Positions 63,591 to 64,000 of a stretch of DNA of 64,000 nucleotides are shown piece after piece. The DNA lies in the NCBI GenBank assembly GCA_041496385.1, contig JBGQEL010000006.1, positions 222-64,221 of the forward strand, written 5' to 3'. Below the pieces are notes generated by a model, which ran no database searches, was not told where the DNA came from, and saw only the letters and a program-made list of their open reading frames with translations. Source of the stretch: Candidatus Methylomirabilia bacterium (GTDB lineage: Bacteria > Methylomirabilota > Methylomirabilia > Rokubacteriales > CSP1-6). Both the position numbers and the translations under genes were made by a program. Position 1 is the first letter of the stretch. Each line of letters opens with the position of its first letter.

Positions 63591-64000
63591 TCAGCTCGAG
63601 AGGTACGTCAGCAGCGTGCGGACGGCGGTCCCCGTCGCGCCCTTCGGCGCGAGCGGCAGATCCTTCTCGGTGAACGCGGGCCCGGCGATGTCCAGGTGCG
63701 CCCACGCCATGGCGCCGGCGAACTCCTTCAGGAAGAGGCCGGCCGTGATCGCGCCGCCGCCCCGCGGGCCGACATTGTTGAGGTCGGCGACGTCGGATTT
63801 CAAGCCCTCGCGGTACTCCTCGACCAGCGGCAGCTCCCACAGGTGCTCGCCGGCGGCGTCGGCGGCGCCGAGGAGGCGTCGGGCGAGGGCGCGGTTGTTA
63901 GCCATGAGACCCGCGCAGAGCGGGCCGAGCGCGACGACGCACGCGCCGGTGAGCGTGGCCATGTCCACCACCTCGTCGGGCTTCACGCGCGCGGCCGCGT
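63591..64000 (-). CDS. Leucyl aminopeptidase (M17) C-terminal part; the gene continues beyond the window end
   Basis: The sequence ...VKPDEVVDMATLTGACVVALG...NNVGPRGGGAITAGLFLKEF...MAWAHLDIAG is the M17 catalytic-domain C-terminus. Confidence 0.7.
   Translation of the reverse strand, partial: AAARVKPDEVVDMATLTGACVVALGPLCAGLMANNRALARRLLGAADAAGEHLWELPLVEEYREGLKSDVADLNNVGPRGGGAITAGLFLKEFAGAMAWAHLDIAGPAFTEKDLPLAPKGATGTAVRTLLTYLSS

Noticed and set aside
1-64000. tRNA, rRNA, CRISPR arrays, IS elements, integrases, toxin-antitoxin pairs and restriction-modification genes
   Set aside because: The intergenic regions are short (mostly under 150 bp). I found no cloverleaf-like sequence and no repeat-spacer periodicity. 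No transposase, recombinase, methyltransferase or toxin-antitoxin motif was recognised on either strand.

Overview
The window looks like a chromosomal segment from a very high-GC (~70%) bacterium with a Gram-negative envelope, since it carries a complete tolQ-tolR-tolA-tolB-pal-ybgF cluster. It is densely packed with about 75 protein genes. I found no rRNA, tRNA, CRISPR arrays, transposases or integrases. Because of the GC content, many long Arg/Ala/Pro-rich ORFs in the six-frame track are shadows of real genes on the other strand; I ignored them.

Main blocks, left to right:
- 1-3.0 kb (minus strand): an oxidative-stress operon of a Fur/PerR-like regulator, rubrerythrin, an HdrD/GlcF-like Fe-S protein with CCG domains, a DUF3501 protein and a partial cytochrome. 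It has a near-consensus promoter and a Fur-box-like element, and it diverges from uvrA.
- 5.9-11 kb: uvrA, an MFS transporter, an ENPP-type phosphodiesterase, an alpha/beta hydrolase, a thiolase-like lipid-transfer protein and a DUF35 partner.
- 11.0-12.6 kb (minus strand): a two-gene operon that the ORF track splits into three ORFs. It is an unknown 347-aa protein followed by a candidate selenoprotein with an in-frame TGA inside a U-G-S-C-x-x-C motif, and a hairpin sits immediately downstream of the TGA. I consider this the most interesting locus in the window.
- 12.6-17.3 kb: a YVTN beta-propeller protein with a coiled-coil tail, a DUF3047-like secreted protein, and a VWA (CoxE-like) plus MoxR (CoxD-like) ATPase pair.
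- 17.4-22.9 kb: M48 peptidase, a PEP-mutase/isocitrate-lyase family enzyme, rfbD, two tandem orphan CheY-like response regulators (one with a probable CTG start), and YdcF/DUF218.
- 22.0-34.0 kb: two LLM flavin oxidoreductases and two tandem M20 peptidases. Also here are a cupredoxin + diheme cytochrome c + 10-TM membrane protein trio, a PaaI thioesterase, DinB, TetR, a double-length ThyX and a cupin.
- 31.1-32.3 kb: a decayed paralogue of the ABC/GldG cluster.
- 33.9-37.9 kb: a DHOD-like protein, a CgeB-like glycosyltransferase, threonine synthase and 3-methyladenine glycosylase.
- 38.7-43.6 kb: the Tol-Pal cluster.
- 43.6-48.6 kb: an orphan zf-HC2 anti-sigma-like protein, hydrolases, an SDR oxidoreductase, an MBL hydrolase and a ferritin-like diiron protein.
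- 48.6-53.6 kb: an intact ABC ATPase / ABC-2 permease / GldG / DUF4340 cluster, in which DUF4340 is split by an in-frame TAG.
- 53.6-55.5 kb: a thioesterase, an AAA+ ATPase (with a degenerate Walker A, below) and a DUF151 nuclease.
- 55.6-64 kb: MFS transporters, esterases, an overlapping PHP / ArsC-Spx / epoxide hydrolase operon and a partial leucyl aminopeptidase.

All protein-family calls rest on my recognition of motifs in the translated sequence, not on a database search. Several start codons are non-canonical or ambiguous and are marked as such.
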